Origin: Eledone cirrhosa
Lineage: Eukaryota
Direction of reading: 5' to 3'
DNA: 64,000 nucleotides
Assembly (NCBI GenBank): GCA_964016885.1
Contig: OZ024740.1
Coordinates: forward strand, 119,164,001-119,228,000
This document shows, piece by piece, positions 11,170 through 24,689 of this stretch. Position 1 is the first letter of the stretch; each line of letters starts with the position of its first letter. The position numbers and the translations under genes were made by a program. Under the pieces are notes generated by a model. The model ran no database searches, had not been told where the DNA came from, and was given only the letters and a program-made list of their open reading frames with translations.

Positions 11170-13632
11170 CTGAAGAAGCAGAGAGATGAAACACCAACCA
11201 TGTACTTACCTTACCAAACTGAGGCCAGCATGGAAAATTAGGACGAACATTGACTGGTACCCCACTCCTGTTGAAACCTTGCACCCCAACACTTCCTCAA
11301 CCCAGGGAAGCCTAGCACACATAAACACCCCTTCAATGCCATTAAGCCAAACCAGGCACACTCCTACAATGTCAGACACCATTCATTTCAAGAACATCAC
11401 AATGACACCCTCTCCAGCAGTGCAATGTCTGTACCCTAACCGCCACCAATGCCTCCTGGGATAGTGCTGGTGCCACAACAAAATGAACCCAGTCCATCCT
11501 ATAAAAGTGGTAGTGCCAACTTCACTACTAAGAGATGCAGCAATGGGTGTCACAGTTAGCTCCAAAGTAAACTCTCACCAGACCAGTGATGTAACTACAA
11601 TGAGATGAGTAACGGCTGTCTCTAAAAATCCTAGTCTTTGTGAATCTGAGAAAAGTACCAAATTGGTGATTGGTATGCAATATGACCAGAAAGAATAAAA
11701 ACATTCAAACCATATTTTCATTTGATTGAAGTAAGAAGGGAAACTTTTAGACCTTAGGTAGAGGGGCCTCTCTGAAAAATATAGTGTGGTCTCCATTTAA
11801 TGTTGCAAACATTGGCGGTGTGTCTACAACTGGTCCTGGGAGGCTTGGGTCATTTCACAATGGTTACATATCCTGAGCCCAGTCTAGAAGGGTGCAAACC
11901 TTGACAAATAGTAACTGGAAAATGACAACCCTTATATCCTAATGGGAGACTTCGATGTGCATGTTGGCACAGATCACCATCTAGTTATCTGCAACAAGAC
12001 TTCCTAAAGCCAAGAAAACCGCCAAAACTAACAGCACTAGCTTAATCTACAGAAAAAGTGGAAAGCACTGGTGGATAAGAACTAGGTATGCAGATATTAT
12101 TGCATCCAAAATCAGAGAACACCCTAAGCAGAGGATGTTAAAAGGGAGTGGAGTTTCTTCAGCTCAGCAGCTTCTGCTTCAGCTATTAAATGCTGTGAGT
12201 GAGAGTGGTAACAGGTGGTAGGAGGAGTCCTTGGCTCAATCAAGGGGCCAAGATGGCATCCAAGCAAATAAGGAAGCTCACAAAGCTTGGTTGGAAATAA
12301 GTCCTGCTTATTGTACTTGTGGTACAACCAGGTGTGAAAAGTAACAGCAAAGTCAATAAATGTGTCAAAAGTTAAGTCATGGGAGGTACTTGGTGTTAAG
12401 CTGGAATCCAATTTAGATCAGCAAATAAAATATTATGGCGGATCATACTCTTACTTCGAACTCTTCCATGGCTGCTATCAGAAACTTGTTGGGGGTCTCC
12501 TCTGATCAGAAACCATACTCCTAGTACATGATGTAAAGTGGTAGGCCGTTGAGATATCGAGAGAGTATTGCCAAGAGGTGTATACTGGTTTTGTTGTCTT
12601 AAAAAAGGCATATGATCAGATTCCATAGGACCTGTTAAGGAAGGTTCTGCAGGAGTATGGGATCAATGGACAGCTTCTTGTTACTCTGATTTGTATTTGG
12701 ATAAATGGTTCTAAGTCAAAACCATTCAAAGTTGACAGTGGACTCTGCCAATGGTGCTTACTATCACCTCTTCTCTTCATGATCTTCATGGACAGGATTG
12801 ACATGCACAACCAGGTTGGAAATGGTATCACGACTGGCATGTGTAGGATCAGTTGGCTGGAATTTGTGGATGACATGATATTACTAACTCATCAGAATGT
12901 GATTCCTGACACATACTTGATGGATTTGCTGCTGAGTGCAGCATGGTAGGAATAAAAATCAGTGCTGCAAAGACTGAGTCACTCAACCTCTCATGGATGC
13001 CTATGCATTTCACTCTACGTCTGAGTTATATTCCAGTGAAGCAGGTGAAGAATTTCAAATATTTTGGGGCTGTGTTCATGAGTAATGGAGGGCAGGAGGC
13101 TGAATTAAATGTAAGATTTGCAAGAGCTGGTGCAGTACTGTGCCAACTTCAGCATTCAGTCATCAGAAGGAATAAGGTAGGCGTAAAAGCTAAACTCACT
13201 ATCTTCAATTCAATATTTTTGCCAACCCTTAACTATGGTTATGAATCTTAGTAATCGCCAAATGAATACAATCACAAATACAAGTGGTTGAATTTCGGCC
13301 CTTTCAAAGAGTCTTTGGCGTAACTTTACTCAACAGACTGCATAGATTGGAGATCAGAGAAACTTACTTCAACAAAATGAGAGACCACAGCTGCTATACT
13401 ACAGATAAGTGGTTAGAATGTCTCGGGAAAGAATTGTTGGAAAGATTCTACCGGCAATACCAACTGTCAGGAAACCCAGGTTTTGACCCTGAGCAAGATG
13501 GTTGGATAACACCGATGAGCTCGGCTGGTCTCGCTTGGTGATCCAGCTGGATTCTTTGGAGACAATTGCTTCTGACAGGACCTGCTGCTCCATGACCCTT
13601 TCAGGAATAAGTGAGTGAAGAAGAAAAAGAAG
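11170..13632 (+). mobile_element. Old, degenerate RTE-clade LINE (endonuclease + RT remnants)
   Basis: APE-like LMGDFDVHVG (~11938); RT remnants FVVLKKAYD (~12590), GLCQWCLLSPLLF (~12740) and EFVDD (~12860); ORF 12943-13251 contains VKNFKYFGAVF...PTLNYGYES; (GAA)n tail. The 5' boundary is uncertain. Confidence 0.8.
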
Positions 13633-13641
13633 ACACACAAG

Positions 13642-13686
<45 letters not shown>

Positions 13687-14478
13687 GCTTATGTGTGTGT
13701 ATATATATATTTATATAAAGAAGACAAATGTAAATAACATGAAATTTAACAGAAGCACTTTCAGCCTGAAAAAAAAATGGTTTTGTTTAATGAAAGTTGG
13801 AGCGAAGCAATTGAGTTGATAAATGAATAGATATGAAGAGACAAAGTAAACGTAGTGTGATATATTGTTTGATGAAATATTAAATGGTATTCAAATTGAT
13901 AAGAATTTTTGAAATAAAAGTGTAAAAGACAACATTTTATCCTCCCTATAAAATTCTACTGCACCTATATATGGCATCTGGATGATTTAATCAGCAGTTT
14001 GAGATAAAGTAGAAGGCTCCCTTGCATTCAATAAAATATGAATATCAGAGCTTTTAAAATTCCAAAACACATGAACTGAATGTAATATATTATGTATGTG
14101 TGTTTGTATATGTTTTCTGTGTATGTGTGTTTTGCATATATACAAAACTCATATAAACGTTTATATGTATATATATATATATATAAATTCACAAATATAA
14201 TCATTTTCATGTATACCTACCTGAACATACATATGCATCATCATAATCATCACCATTTAACATCTATTTCCCATGCTTGCTTGAGTTAGACAGTTGTCAT
14301 GTGCTGAGGCCTGACTGTTTAGGTAACTAAATCCTGCTTATATGCTTATACACTAACATTCTAATTATTACGGAAGCTTTGTAAAAAACAAGAATTTTAA
14401 AAGCTGAAGTAATTTCTAGTATTGTAAAGAAGAAGTTGTTTTTTAGATATAATTCTAGCTACTTTTAGAATGTGCCTT

Positions 14479-14655
14479 CAGTATCGGTAGAGGTTCGGAT
14501 GCCATGCTTTGCAGCACAGTTACGTCCCTTTACGGACTGAGTTCAAATCCCGCCGAGGTTAACTTTGCCTTTCATCCTTACGGGGTCGATAAAATAAAGT
14601 ACCAGTAATACACTGTGATAATTACTGGCCTTGTGCCAAAAGTAGAAACAATTAT
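14479..14655 (+). mobile_element. tRNA-derived SINE (octopus-type)
   Basis: Truncated A-box CAGTATCGG, B-box GAGTTCAAATCC, core TTTGCCTTTCATCC..GGGGTCGATAAAATAAAGTACCAGT, 3' GTGCCAAAAGTAGAAACAATTAT. Confidence 0.9.
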
Positions 14656-15984
14656 CAACAATCCTTAGTGATAGTGAGGCCTATCATTTGGAGTGAACAC
14701 ATGTGCTATAATTGCATGCTGTTCATGTTTATGGGTGATGAGGTGTGGTGAGGTTTTAATTCCATACCCATATTATCAACAAAAATAGAAAATAACAATA
14801 AAAAGGAATCAGATACTTCCTCAATCACTCATCTGGACTGGAATCATACTGACATAAAGTTTTTAAGAATTTCAGCAATCATATTGATCACACCATTTAT
14901 TTTAAACTATGTAAAAACAGACATGGGTACACACACATGCATTGAATATAAGCACAGTGCTCAAATAACATATTCATGCAGAGCTGCAATTATTATTTTC
15001 TAAGAAATTGTTACTGACTGAGTTAGCACTTTCTTGGGCAATGTTGGGTAATCCTGTTATTTAGTGATGTACATATACGCATTTATATATACATACATAT
15101 GTGCGTGTGCGTGTGTGTGTGTCTGTGTGTGTGAATGCTGTAAATGTCTATGCATTAGAATACAGAAGATTTGGTGCCTTAACGAAATTGAAATAATGAA
15201 AATATGGCTTAGTTCGGGGAATAATGTGACAGATAGGTCAGTATCTAGAAGCTTCTTCATCGATTTTTGTAATAAAATGGGAAAAACGAATTCTTGAGTT
15301 TATATAATTGGTTTACAAACATAAAGAATTTTTCCATAAAAGAAAAAAGAAATATACAGCTAAAAAAGTAGTCTGTAGCTATTTTGGTGTAATGCAATAA
15401 TAAATAATAGGAAAATTTTGAAGGGATCACTGACTGCATGTTGTTCAATTTCTACCAGTGTCTTTTGTTATTTTCTGAAGGTTTATCCTTTTATTTCTAT
15501 CTATGATCATGTTGTGTGTAAGCATAATTGTGTACAAGCAAATATATATGTATAAGCTGCCCTCACCCATGCCCATGGTGTAGATCACCCTTACTCCATG
15601 CCACAGCCCTTCTACCAACCGACTGGCATCCCCCCTCCCCTACCACCCACCTACTGTGCCCCTCTAGAAGACCATCTTCTGTCTTTTCCACCGCCTACAG
15701 TCAGATCCCTCCACCTCACACATCTTTCTCCTCCTACACCTTCCTTCATTCAAGTGCACTTGTAATCTTTGAAACCTCCTCATCCACAGCTCCCTTCCTA
15801 ACCGTAACTCATTTCCTGGATCCCACCCCAGTTGCTGACCCCATTGTCATACATGCAGCTTTATCTCCAACCCCACCACCCTTTTCCATCTCAATGACTG
15901 GCCCATCCAGGTTAGAGACTCCTTAGTATCTTTGGGCTAGCACTTTGTGCCGAACCCACTAACTCACAGTGAAGAGAACAGCAA

Positions 15985-16568
15985 CTTATACAAGAGAAGA
16001 CATGATAACGTAACTAATATTATCCACTGTAATCTTTCTGGAAAGTAACATCTGGAATGAAATACACTGTGTATGAACATCAGCCAGAGGGAGTAGTTGA
16101 GTATGATGGTGTAAAGTTCTTATGAGTTATGACTATACAGTGCTATAATATAATAAAAGCAAGGAGACTTCACACAGTTGTGATAGAAAAGAGAGAGGAT
16201 ATGTCAAATTATTGAAATTGTCATTTCCATAGATGAGATGATCTAGCCCACTAAATTGGGGAAAGTTGATAATTGCCAGAACCTTAGAACTGAAGTCTAA
16301 AGAATATGGAACATGAGATAGATTGACATCATACAACTAGTGATAAGAACTTAGAAAAATTGATAGAAAAACCTGGGATTCAGGCAAAGGCAGTATTTCT
16401 CCCGAAAACGACACTCCCAGGAACATTTAAGATTTTGAAAAATAAACCCCTGTAAAAGTAACGAAAAGTATCTAAGTTGTTAGTCATGAGTCATAACTAT
16501 GATCCGTTGTCTAGGTTTAGTAATGCAGCAAAATAACAGCCTGAGAAAGAAGGTAATTATAATAATTA
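15985..16568 (+). mobile_element. R4-like non-LTR retrotransposon 3' fragment (restriction-like endonuclease domain)
   Basis: Frameshifted translation YKRRHDNVTNIIH..YEHQPEGVVEYDGVKFL*..IKARRLHTVVIEKRE..CQIIEI..KVDNCQNLRTEV*RIWNM matches the RHD...RPD..D..K RLE domain of R4/Dong-type elements; TAA-type tail. Confidence 0.75.
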
Positions 16569-17192
16569 GACCCATGGAATTTCCAAGATCATTGACAACT
16601 AAGACACAATAATTATGCTGACATATATTTGAACAATAACACAATTTTGTTGAAGTAATTTATTACCTCTACATGGATGAGAAGGAAAATGAAAAAAATG
16701 TAATTTGCTTCAGCACCTAATAATTAATAACATTACAGCAATAACACTGTGATTTAATATAGTTATTGTATCATTGCATCATTTGAAGCATCAAATATCA
16801 TTATCAAAATTGTAATTCATTTATTTTATACTTCTTTAAACACAATATTTTTTATGATAAATTCCTCTTCTTGTTTTTCTTCTTATTGGTATTAACTCCC
16901 TTAACAAAATCTAGAGAATACAACATCATTTTCCATAAATAAATAATGGTTGTGATAAATAAAACCCTATCTTATTAAATGTTTGACCCTGTGCTTCAAT
17001 GTGCATCACTTCAATGCTACTATAATGTAAGATAACAAAATTTTGCTGAATTGATGTATTATGTAATAACAATACAGCAGATCTAATTTTTAAATCCCAC
17101 CTATATTCAGGCATTTCAGATTCAGTAAATTAATTAAGTAATTTTAATATGTAGCATGTATTATCTGCTTGAAGCTCACTAATAATTTGATC

Positions 17193-18088
17193 TCATCATC
17201 ATCATCATCACCACGTTTAACGTCCGTGTTCCATGCTTGCATAGGTTTGGACGGGGGTATTTCCCACTTGAGGCAAGAGTAATTGTCTTGCTCGCATAGG
17301 ACTGTCTGGCAGGTTTTCTACAGCTGGATGTCCTTCCTATCACCAACCACATTTACAGTGTGGGGCTGGGAGGTTTTTACCGTGTTGCCTACACGGCCAC
17401 ATTACAGCGTGGACTGTCTGGCGGGTTTTCTACGGCTGGATGCCCTTCCTAACACCAACCACATTTACAGTGTGGGGCTGGGAGGTTTTTACCGTGTTGC
17501 CTACACGGCCACATTACAGCATGGACTGTGTGTTTTTTTGTCGTGACACCTACACGATCTCATTTGTTTCGGCCTGGATGTTGTGGCACCAACATAACTT
17601 TACATTGAAAGGGGCGGTGTGGATGGGGTGGGGTGGTGGGATGGGGGTGTATTTTGTTAGAGATGCCTACTGACTGTAGTAGGTTTTACTTTGTTAGGTA
17701 AGGCGGGTCTTCTCTATTACTGAGTACCGCCAAAGGTCTCGGTCCAGTGACATTGTCTTGGAGAGGTATAAGTGTGTGAGGTCGGAATTTATCAGCTCGT
17801 CCCAGGTTTTTCTGGGTCTGCCTACTCCGTGGCTACCGTCTATCTTTATTGCCCTGCACTTTGTTATACAGCTATCGTCTTTCATGCGCATCACGTGACC
17901 ATACCAACGTAGCCTTCTCTCGAGTAAACAACATCTGATCCCTCTTATTTCTAATTTTTTCCTTACTTCGTTTATGCTTTGCCGTTCGCGTATATTACTA
18001 TTACACATCCAGCGGAGCATGCAAGCTTCGTTCCTCTCCAGTCTGCGTATATCCTCTGCACACAATGCCCAGGTCTCACTGCCATGCT
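17193..18088 (-). mobile_element. 5'-truncated RTE LINE (RT C-terminus + 3' UTR)
   Basis: ORF 17694-18065 RRLERNEACMLRWMC...RRLRWYGHVMRM...GRPRKTW; (ATC)n tail. Confidence 0.92.
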
Positions 18089-18154
18089 GTTCGTATTAAC
18101 ATTTTCTGACAGTAGTTTTTAAATCACCTAATTTAAAGAAAAAAATGCAATGAA

Positions 18155-18365
18155 TTTGCAGAGTTGTTAGAATATCGGGAAGAATGACTTTCAGTATTCG
18201 TTCTGACTCTCTGCCCTACCCTCTGAGTTCAAATCCCTCCAAAGTCAACTTTGCATTTCATCCTTTCAGGGTCGATAAAAACGTATCACTCCAGTATTGG
18301 AGTCGTTTGTTTCTCTATATCCATTTTCCTTCCTTTCTCTCACTCCCTCCTTGTCTGATAGAAAT
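18155..18365 (+). mobile_element. Degenerate SINE
   Basis: CTGAGTTCAAATCCC...AACTTTGCATTTCATCCTTTCAGGGTCGATAAAA. Confidence 0.75.
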
Positions 18366-18490
18366 CAGCTCTATTCAGAAATGGAGAGGAGATGGGCTCA
18401 GTCAGGTTTTAAATTGCCCAAGAAACCCGTATGTTACTACAGTGACCCGACAACACTAGAAGCAACAGGTACAAAAGCAAAAAGAATTAA

Positions 18491-18711
18491 CCCATTAGCA
18501 TTTAAACCAGCCATATCCAGCCAGAATTCTGTCACCTCTTTCTATTCAAACAGGCCATAACTGATTGGTCACACTTATGTTAAGGTATTGTTCTCAAAAT
18601 AAATAATATCAAAATCTCGTAGATTCGATATTATGTGAGATAATTATGTTAGATAAAGTGTTTACCATGAATATTCAACAGTAAATATAGAGTAATGTAA
18701 ATTCTAAAAGG
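18491..18711. mobile_element. TTAA-flanked MITE (piggyBac-like ends)
   Basis: TTAA|CCCATTAGCATTT ... ATTCTAAAAGG|TTAA: imperfect TIRs with a TTAA duplication. Confidence 0.6.
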
Positions 18712-19039
18712 TTAAAGAAAAACAGAATTTGTATGTGGAAAGAATCCGGATGCTTCCCTAAAAATAGAATTTACAAAATAATTTTCAATAAATGAAGAGG
18801 GTGGTAATTGTACATGATCATCCTGGCATAGTTGGAGTGATTTAATTTCCAAGCAGGAAGCAATTAATCTGCATTGTTCAATTGTTCTCCTGAGTTTCTT
18901 AAAATTTCGAGTTAGGTGATATTGTCAAAATACTGCAAGAGGTGAGATCGTTTTATACATATATATATATACCCAGAAGTGTTGTGGACTCATAACATTT
19001 TCAAGCTTTTGTCTAATGTGGCCCCTAGGTGTATTTTTG

Positions 19040-19244
19040 GTTAAGAGGTACCTACTGACTGTAGGTTTTGCTTTGTACTTAGGCAAGGCGAGTCTTCTGT
19101 ATTACTGCGTAGCGCCAAAGATCTCAGTCCAGTGACATTGTCTTGGAGAGGTGTAAATGTGTAAGGTTGGAATTTATCAAATCGTCCCAGGATTTTCTGG
19201 GTCTGCCTACTCCGTAGCTTCCATCACTTTTGGTCGCCCTGCAC

Positions 19245-19248
<4 letters not shown>
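19040..19248 (-). mobile_element. RTE fragment abutting (TA)n
   Basis: KKCRATKSDGSYGVGRPRKSWDDLINSNL, near-identical to the 17694-18065 copy. Confidence 0.85.
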
Positions 19249-19296
<48 letters not shown>

Positions 19297-19619
19297 GCAG
19301 TTTGTATTGCTCAAAGATGAATAGGTAACACTTATCTATAATCGCATTCAATAAAACGACCATTCTCCTAAAATGCTTGCTCAAAGTTAGGAGACATATT
19401 ATTACAAATGCTTATATGAATTAAAATTACTGATAGTTTAAATAAGTTATGTAATATCTTATCACGTAACAGTAATGGGGCAGCAATTGATATATAAAAA
19501 AATATTTTCAATATGAGAAATATAAGCTGTTAAATGCTGTGGGAAAAAATGGCTTGATAAGGTATTGGGTGGGAGGAAGGGCCCCTTGATTCAGCCAGGA
19601 AGTTAAAAACATCATTTCA

Positions 19620-20330
19620 GCAAATTTGTAGTAGAAGCTGATGGGAAAAGTCACAGCAAAGGCAGTAAAAATGTCCAAAATTCAAACATGGAAGGACTTT
19701 GTGGTTAAACCGAAATATTTCACCAAAGAAAATATTCTGACAGATCACCTGCCAACTTCATTAAAGATGTCTCCTTCCACAACTGCTATAAGGAATGTAG
19801 CTGGGGTTCTTCTCTACTCAGGTAAGTCTATTGTGACCTAGCTGATAGCTAGATATGTCCTACACGTGATAGCAGTTGTTTAACACAGTTTCACAACTCT
19901 GCAATACATGAGCACTGGGGAATACCATGCTAGATGGTTTCCTCACACTGCATGTATCTGAAAAAGGTCTGGTTATTGGCACTTCCATGTCTGTATAACT
20001 GTTCTTGAACTAGTAGTGCTCTTCTGTAGCACTGTCATTTTAAGGATTTGAAGAAATTTTCCTTAAGCCCTAACCATAAAATCCTCAAGAAGAGCCTGTT
20101 TAGACTGTCCTCATAAATGCCCAGAGACGATACCAGGCCATAATAGCTTATACCTTCCACCAGCTCTCAATGGAACGTGAGTGTTATTTTCTGGCAATCT
20201 ATTCTGTTGTTCAGTTGACAAAGTGCTGTGAGAGCCTGCCAGCATTCTAGATGCAAATCGCCCAACCTTAGTCCATGCTTGATCAAAGTCTGTGGCTCAG
20301 TCAAGGAGACAAGCTGTAGAATGACATGTC
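19620..20330. mobile_element. Old LINE fragments
   Basis: 19620-19830 (+) aligns by eye to 12320-12510 of the old RTE; the remainder resembles a very degenerate minus-strand endonuclease region. Confidence 0.4.
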
Positions 20331-20719
20331 AATAAGGCCACCACTATGTTTACATTTGTGCATATACTAGTATGTATGTTAGAATAAGAATTAAAGAGAG
20401 AGGGAGGAGAGATAAGACTTTTCATGGGAGGTGTAGTAACAGTCTGAGGTAGAAGATCATTTACTTATAACTTACTGACTTTTCTTTTTGGAATTTTGCC
20501 TCTTTTTTCAACTATGTAACATATGGTTTCCACCTCTCCCTTCCATCAACACACAATTAAATGGCCTTCTCTTTCTTTTGCCTCACACTACTACTATCCC
20601 CCTCCCTTCAACATTTCTCTCTCTCTCACTCTCTTTCTCTCTTTTCTTCATCACAACGTTACTATTACAGTCTTTGTCTTCTCGTCAACCCCACCACTGC
20701 CACTTGTATTCAACTGCTG

Positions 20720-21165
20720 CAGTTCTCAGTATACCTTATATGTGTATGTGCATTTGAATGTGCCTTTCCCTCACATTGCACATCTAATTGAGCTTGGTTG
20801 CTTCATTTCTCTCCAGTCTACAGACATCCTCTACATTCACAGCCCATGTTTCAAAAACATGCAGCATTGCACTTCACAAACATGCATCTTACAGTCGTCC
20901 TTTTCTATGTAGGGAGAAAACTTTTGTGGTCAACAGTGTGCGTAGCTCTCTGAACTTTTCCATTATATGCTTATTCCAGCTATTATGCTTTCAGAGCACC
21001 CTCCTCAATTACTAGTTACATCGCCTAGATAGCAGAAGCTATCAACCACTTCTAAAAAAAAAGATTATTTGACTGGAATTGGTTTACATCACTAGCTCTT
21101 TTCCCTTCGATTACACCTGGTCATCTTCTACAAACAAAGTCTTCCTTTCCTGTTAGTCTACTCAT
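20720..21165 (-). mobile_element. Degenerate RTE RT fragment
   Basis: Minus strand similar to VVDSFCYLGD..GKFRELRTLLTTKVFSLHRKGRL*DACL. Confidence 0.75.
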
Positions 21166-22339
21166 TATCTGACGAGATTGATAAAATAAGTCCTGAGGTG
21201 AAAGTGATTGACTAAATCACTCCAGCATGACCACAGACTAATAAGAAAAATAATATATGCGCACAGAAATACATACATGATTATATCATTATCGTCATCA
21301 TTGGTTGCGCTCATAGTTTTTGGCATTAATATATAGTGGTTGGATGCCCTTCCTAAAACTTAGACACCGGTCACTTTTTTGTCTTTACTTAGGCATATAT
21401 TCGTTTTTATATATCTATACTATATATGAGCATTTATAATGTTTTACCATCTTTATAATTATATCTAGTAGTATTGTTTTGGGGTGTTTTAGTTAGTCTG
21501 CAATGGATATTCATTTATTTAATAAAATGTATATTTGTAGATGAAATTCAACATTATATTACTAAATATTATATCTAGTAATAAACTTTATGTTTATAAT
21601 TTCACCCCAGTATATCATACAAAATATTGTTTTTGTGCATTATTATTTTGTAGTTGTAGTTATGTGCTGTTTAAATCAATACAAGTAAAACAATGGAGAA
21701 AGAAACAGCGGAGTGAAAATGATGATAAAGTTAAAATACACTATATTTTTGTGATTAGTTTACTTATATTATACATATAGTTTATTTGAAATAGTTATTA
21801 TTTCCTATACTTTCTAAGAATATGATGCCTAATTGTCAGTTGAATTAGAACTTATTTGTATAATAAGTGAAATTAGAATTCACCTTCTGGTGCCTGAAAG
21901 CTTGTGTACCTAGCTAGTCTATATGATTAGTATTTTGTGTTACAGAATTTATAATTCATCATAATTTTTCTTAACATTACTTGCAGCATTTCAACAATTC
22001 ACTTCTTTTTGAGAATGTCATTTCTTTTCTAATATTTCTTCTTACATATTTCTTAAATATATTATGTCCATGTTCTTTCATTTTATTTCTATTTAGTTGG
22101 GAAAACTTGGAGTTATTATTTGTTCATTTCCATTAATAATCTTAAAAATTTCAATTTAATCCTCCCTTCTTATTTTTTGTAAATTAGTTGCTGTAATTTG
22201 AGTAACAATTGTGTAGCTCTTTCAATTTCTCTTAAATGCAGAGACTGGGCTTGAACACCAACTTACAAATGTGGTCCAAAATATGTCTTGTATAAAATAA
22301 CAAATATTTCTGAGGTTAAATAATTAAAGGAACTTGTTG

Positions 22340-23080
22340 TAAGACGCCTTACGTCCCCCTGTCGGATAATGGACCAGGCCTAGTTGTTTCCCCCTCACGA
22401 TCTTATTCAACTCATCGCCGCCGTAGCCGTTACAAATCATGCTTACAAGTGAAACGACGACCAGAGTCACTAACGGCGGATAGTGCGCTCTGCGAAACAT
22501 CATCCAACCGCCACTTTTTTATTGAGGACCTGCTATCAGGTAGAGCCTTTCTGGTTGACACAGGTGCAGCTTGTTCAATATGGCCTGTGTGTTGTATGAA
22601 GGAGACTCCCCCTGAGTCACCTATTGAGTTGCAGGCAGTAAATTGTTCGCCGATTCGAACCTTCGGACAAATCTCGCTACCTTTGCAGTTTCGTAATCTG
22701 CGGCGTAAGTTTAAATGGATTTTTACTGTCGCTGCCTTGCCGTATCCGATTCTAGGCGCGGATTTTCTCCACCATTTTTCATTGACGGTGGACCTCCGTC
22801 GTAAACGCCTAATTGATGGCATCACTGGTTTAACTGTTGTTGGCAAGGCAGCAGGAGTTCCAACGGTTAGCCCGACCTTTTTTCTTGCTAACACCGGTGA
22901 TACTTACCATGCGTTATTGAACTCGTCCCGCAACTGACTCAGGGAAATTTCCGAGTTGATGAGCCAAGTTCTTCTCAAGAGCAACATACGCACCATTTGA
23001 ATCTTCTTTTCCGCAAAAATGGTAAATAGACAAGGAACCTTCCCTCACGTCTATGTCGATAAACAATCCAACTAGGATAC
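22340..23080 (+). mobile_element. Ty3/Gypsy LTR-retrotransposon fragment (aspartic protease, small RT remnant)
   Basis: ORF 22449-22937 has RAFLVDTGAACSIWP...LQAVNCSPIRTFG...PILGADFLHHF (retropepsin DTG and ILG-DF motifs); downstream SSSQEQHTHHLNLLF resembles post-YxDD RT sequence. No LTR pair seen. Confidence 0.88.
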
Positions 23081-23404
23081 CATCATTTTACCACAAACTC
23101 TTAACGAAACCTAGTATTTAGTTTGCCCTTTTTTACTCTACTCACATTTTCTTATGATTTCAGGTAGGTTGTGATTATTAATCCAAGATTTATTCCTTTG
23201 CTTATTGCTGTCATATTTTTATCCATTAATCTATAACTTGCACAAAATAATTTATGACTACAATGCATAATTTTACATTTTTCTGCTTTAAATCATATTT
23301 CCTACGATTTTTATTATTTTTCAAATCTTTTTAAGTCATTAGGAAGAGGGGTTTGCCGATTTAGTTTAGCAATTTTATGATAAATTCCCTTACCTTTTGC
23401 AAAT

Positions 23405-24452
23405 ATTATGGGTACACAAGAGATGTAGTGGGATCTCAGGAAGCTTAACTAAGAATGTAGGCTTCACATGTAGCAGCTGTGCTGGGACAGCAAGCAGCAA
23501 ACAGCAACAGGAAACAAGTACCACCAAACACTGGGAAGGCTCTGTAGCAACAGTAGACAGCTTCTGCTACCTAGGTGACCGAATTAGCAGTGGAGGTGGG
23601 TGTTCAGAAGGTACAATAACTAGGGTAAAAACGGGATGGAAGAAGTTCAGGGAGCTACTGCCACTGCTAGCTGCAAAAGGCTTTTCCCTAAAAGTGAAAG
23701 GCAGACAGTATGATGCATGTGTACGAACAGCAATGTTTACATGGTAGTGAGACCTGGGCGCTGTCTGTGGAAGACTTGCGTAGATTAGAAAGAAAAGAAG
23801 CCTGCATGCTCCGATGGATGTGTAATAGTAATATACACAAACAGCAAAGCATAAACAAATTGAGAGAGAGACTGAGCATAAGAGGAATCAAATGCTGTGT
23901 GCAGGAGAGGCGGTTGTGTTGGTATGGACATGTGATGCGTATGAAGGATGACAGCTGCATAAAAAGGTGCAGAACACTAGAAGTCGAAGGAAACCGCAGA
24001 GTGAGGAGACCCTAGAAGACCTTGGATGAGGTGATAAAAGCCGACTTTACCCAATTACACATCTCAAAGTCGATGACACACGACCGTGACCTCTGGCAAC
24101 ATGCTGTAATACAGAAGACCCGATTCCCCATGGGTACAAACCGAAGCTGAAGCATATAAACAATATGCCCCCACATCCTCCCACTGCAAAGTGGTCAAGG
24201 AGGTGCCACGGCAAAAACCACCCAGCCCACACTATAAAGTGGACGTTTAGGCGCCATGGAAAAAAGCACCCAGCACTCACTGTAAATGAGGTTGGTGTTA
24301 GGAAGGGCATCCAGCTGTAGAAATCAAGCCAGAATCAGTTCCCGTATGAACAAGGCATGGTTAGCCGACTGGACACTGCCCACAGCAGCACAACCGATAT
24401 AACCCATGCTAGCTAGAAGAACGGACGTAAAACGGTGATGATGATGATGATG
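23405..24452 (+). mobile_element. 5'-truncated RTE LINE with Cys/His insert, RT C-terminus, 3' UTR and (GAT)n tail
   Basis: ORFs 23397-23747 (WVHKRCSGI..VDSFCYLGD..GWKKFRELLPLL) and 23710-24015 (HGSETW..RLCWYGHVMRM). Confidence 0.93.
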
Positions 24453-24689
24453 ACTGACAATACCACTTGATACATCATTTGCAAATATATTGCACACTAT
24501 GGGCTGAAAAACTGACCATTGTTGCACATCACTTTTTACAGTTGAAATTTACACTTTTTCCAGAATTAAACTCTTTCTTATCTGTCAAAAATGCTTGTAT
24601 CAATTTCCCTCTCCAATTAAAAACAAACACCATGGCAGATACCAAAGTTTCTTTTCCTAGGAAGAGCTTCAACATGCAAAACTGGGAAC

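Noticed and set aside
11169-11200. CTGAAGA...GAAA hammerhead-like boxes
   Set aside because: No stem I, II or III pairing.
15528-15926. Pro/Ser/Thr-rich 132-aa ORF
   Set aside because: C/T-rich low-complexity repeat body; no domain recognised.
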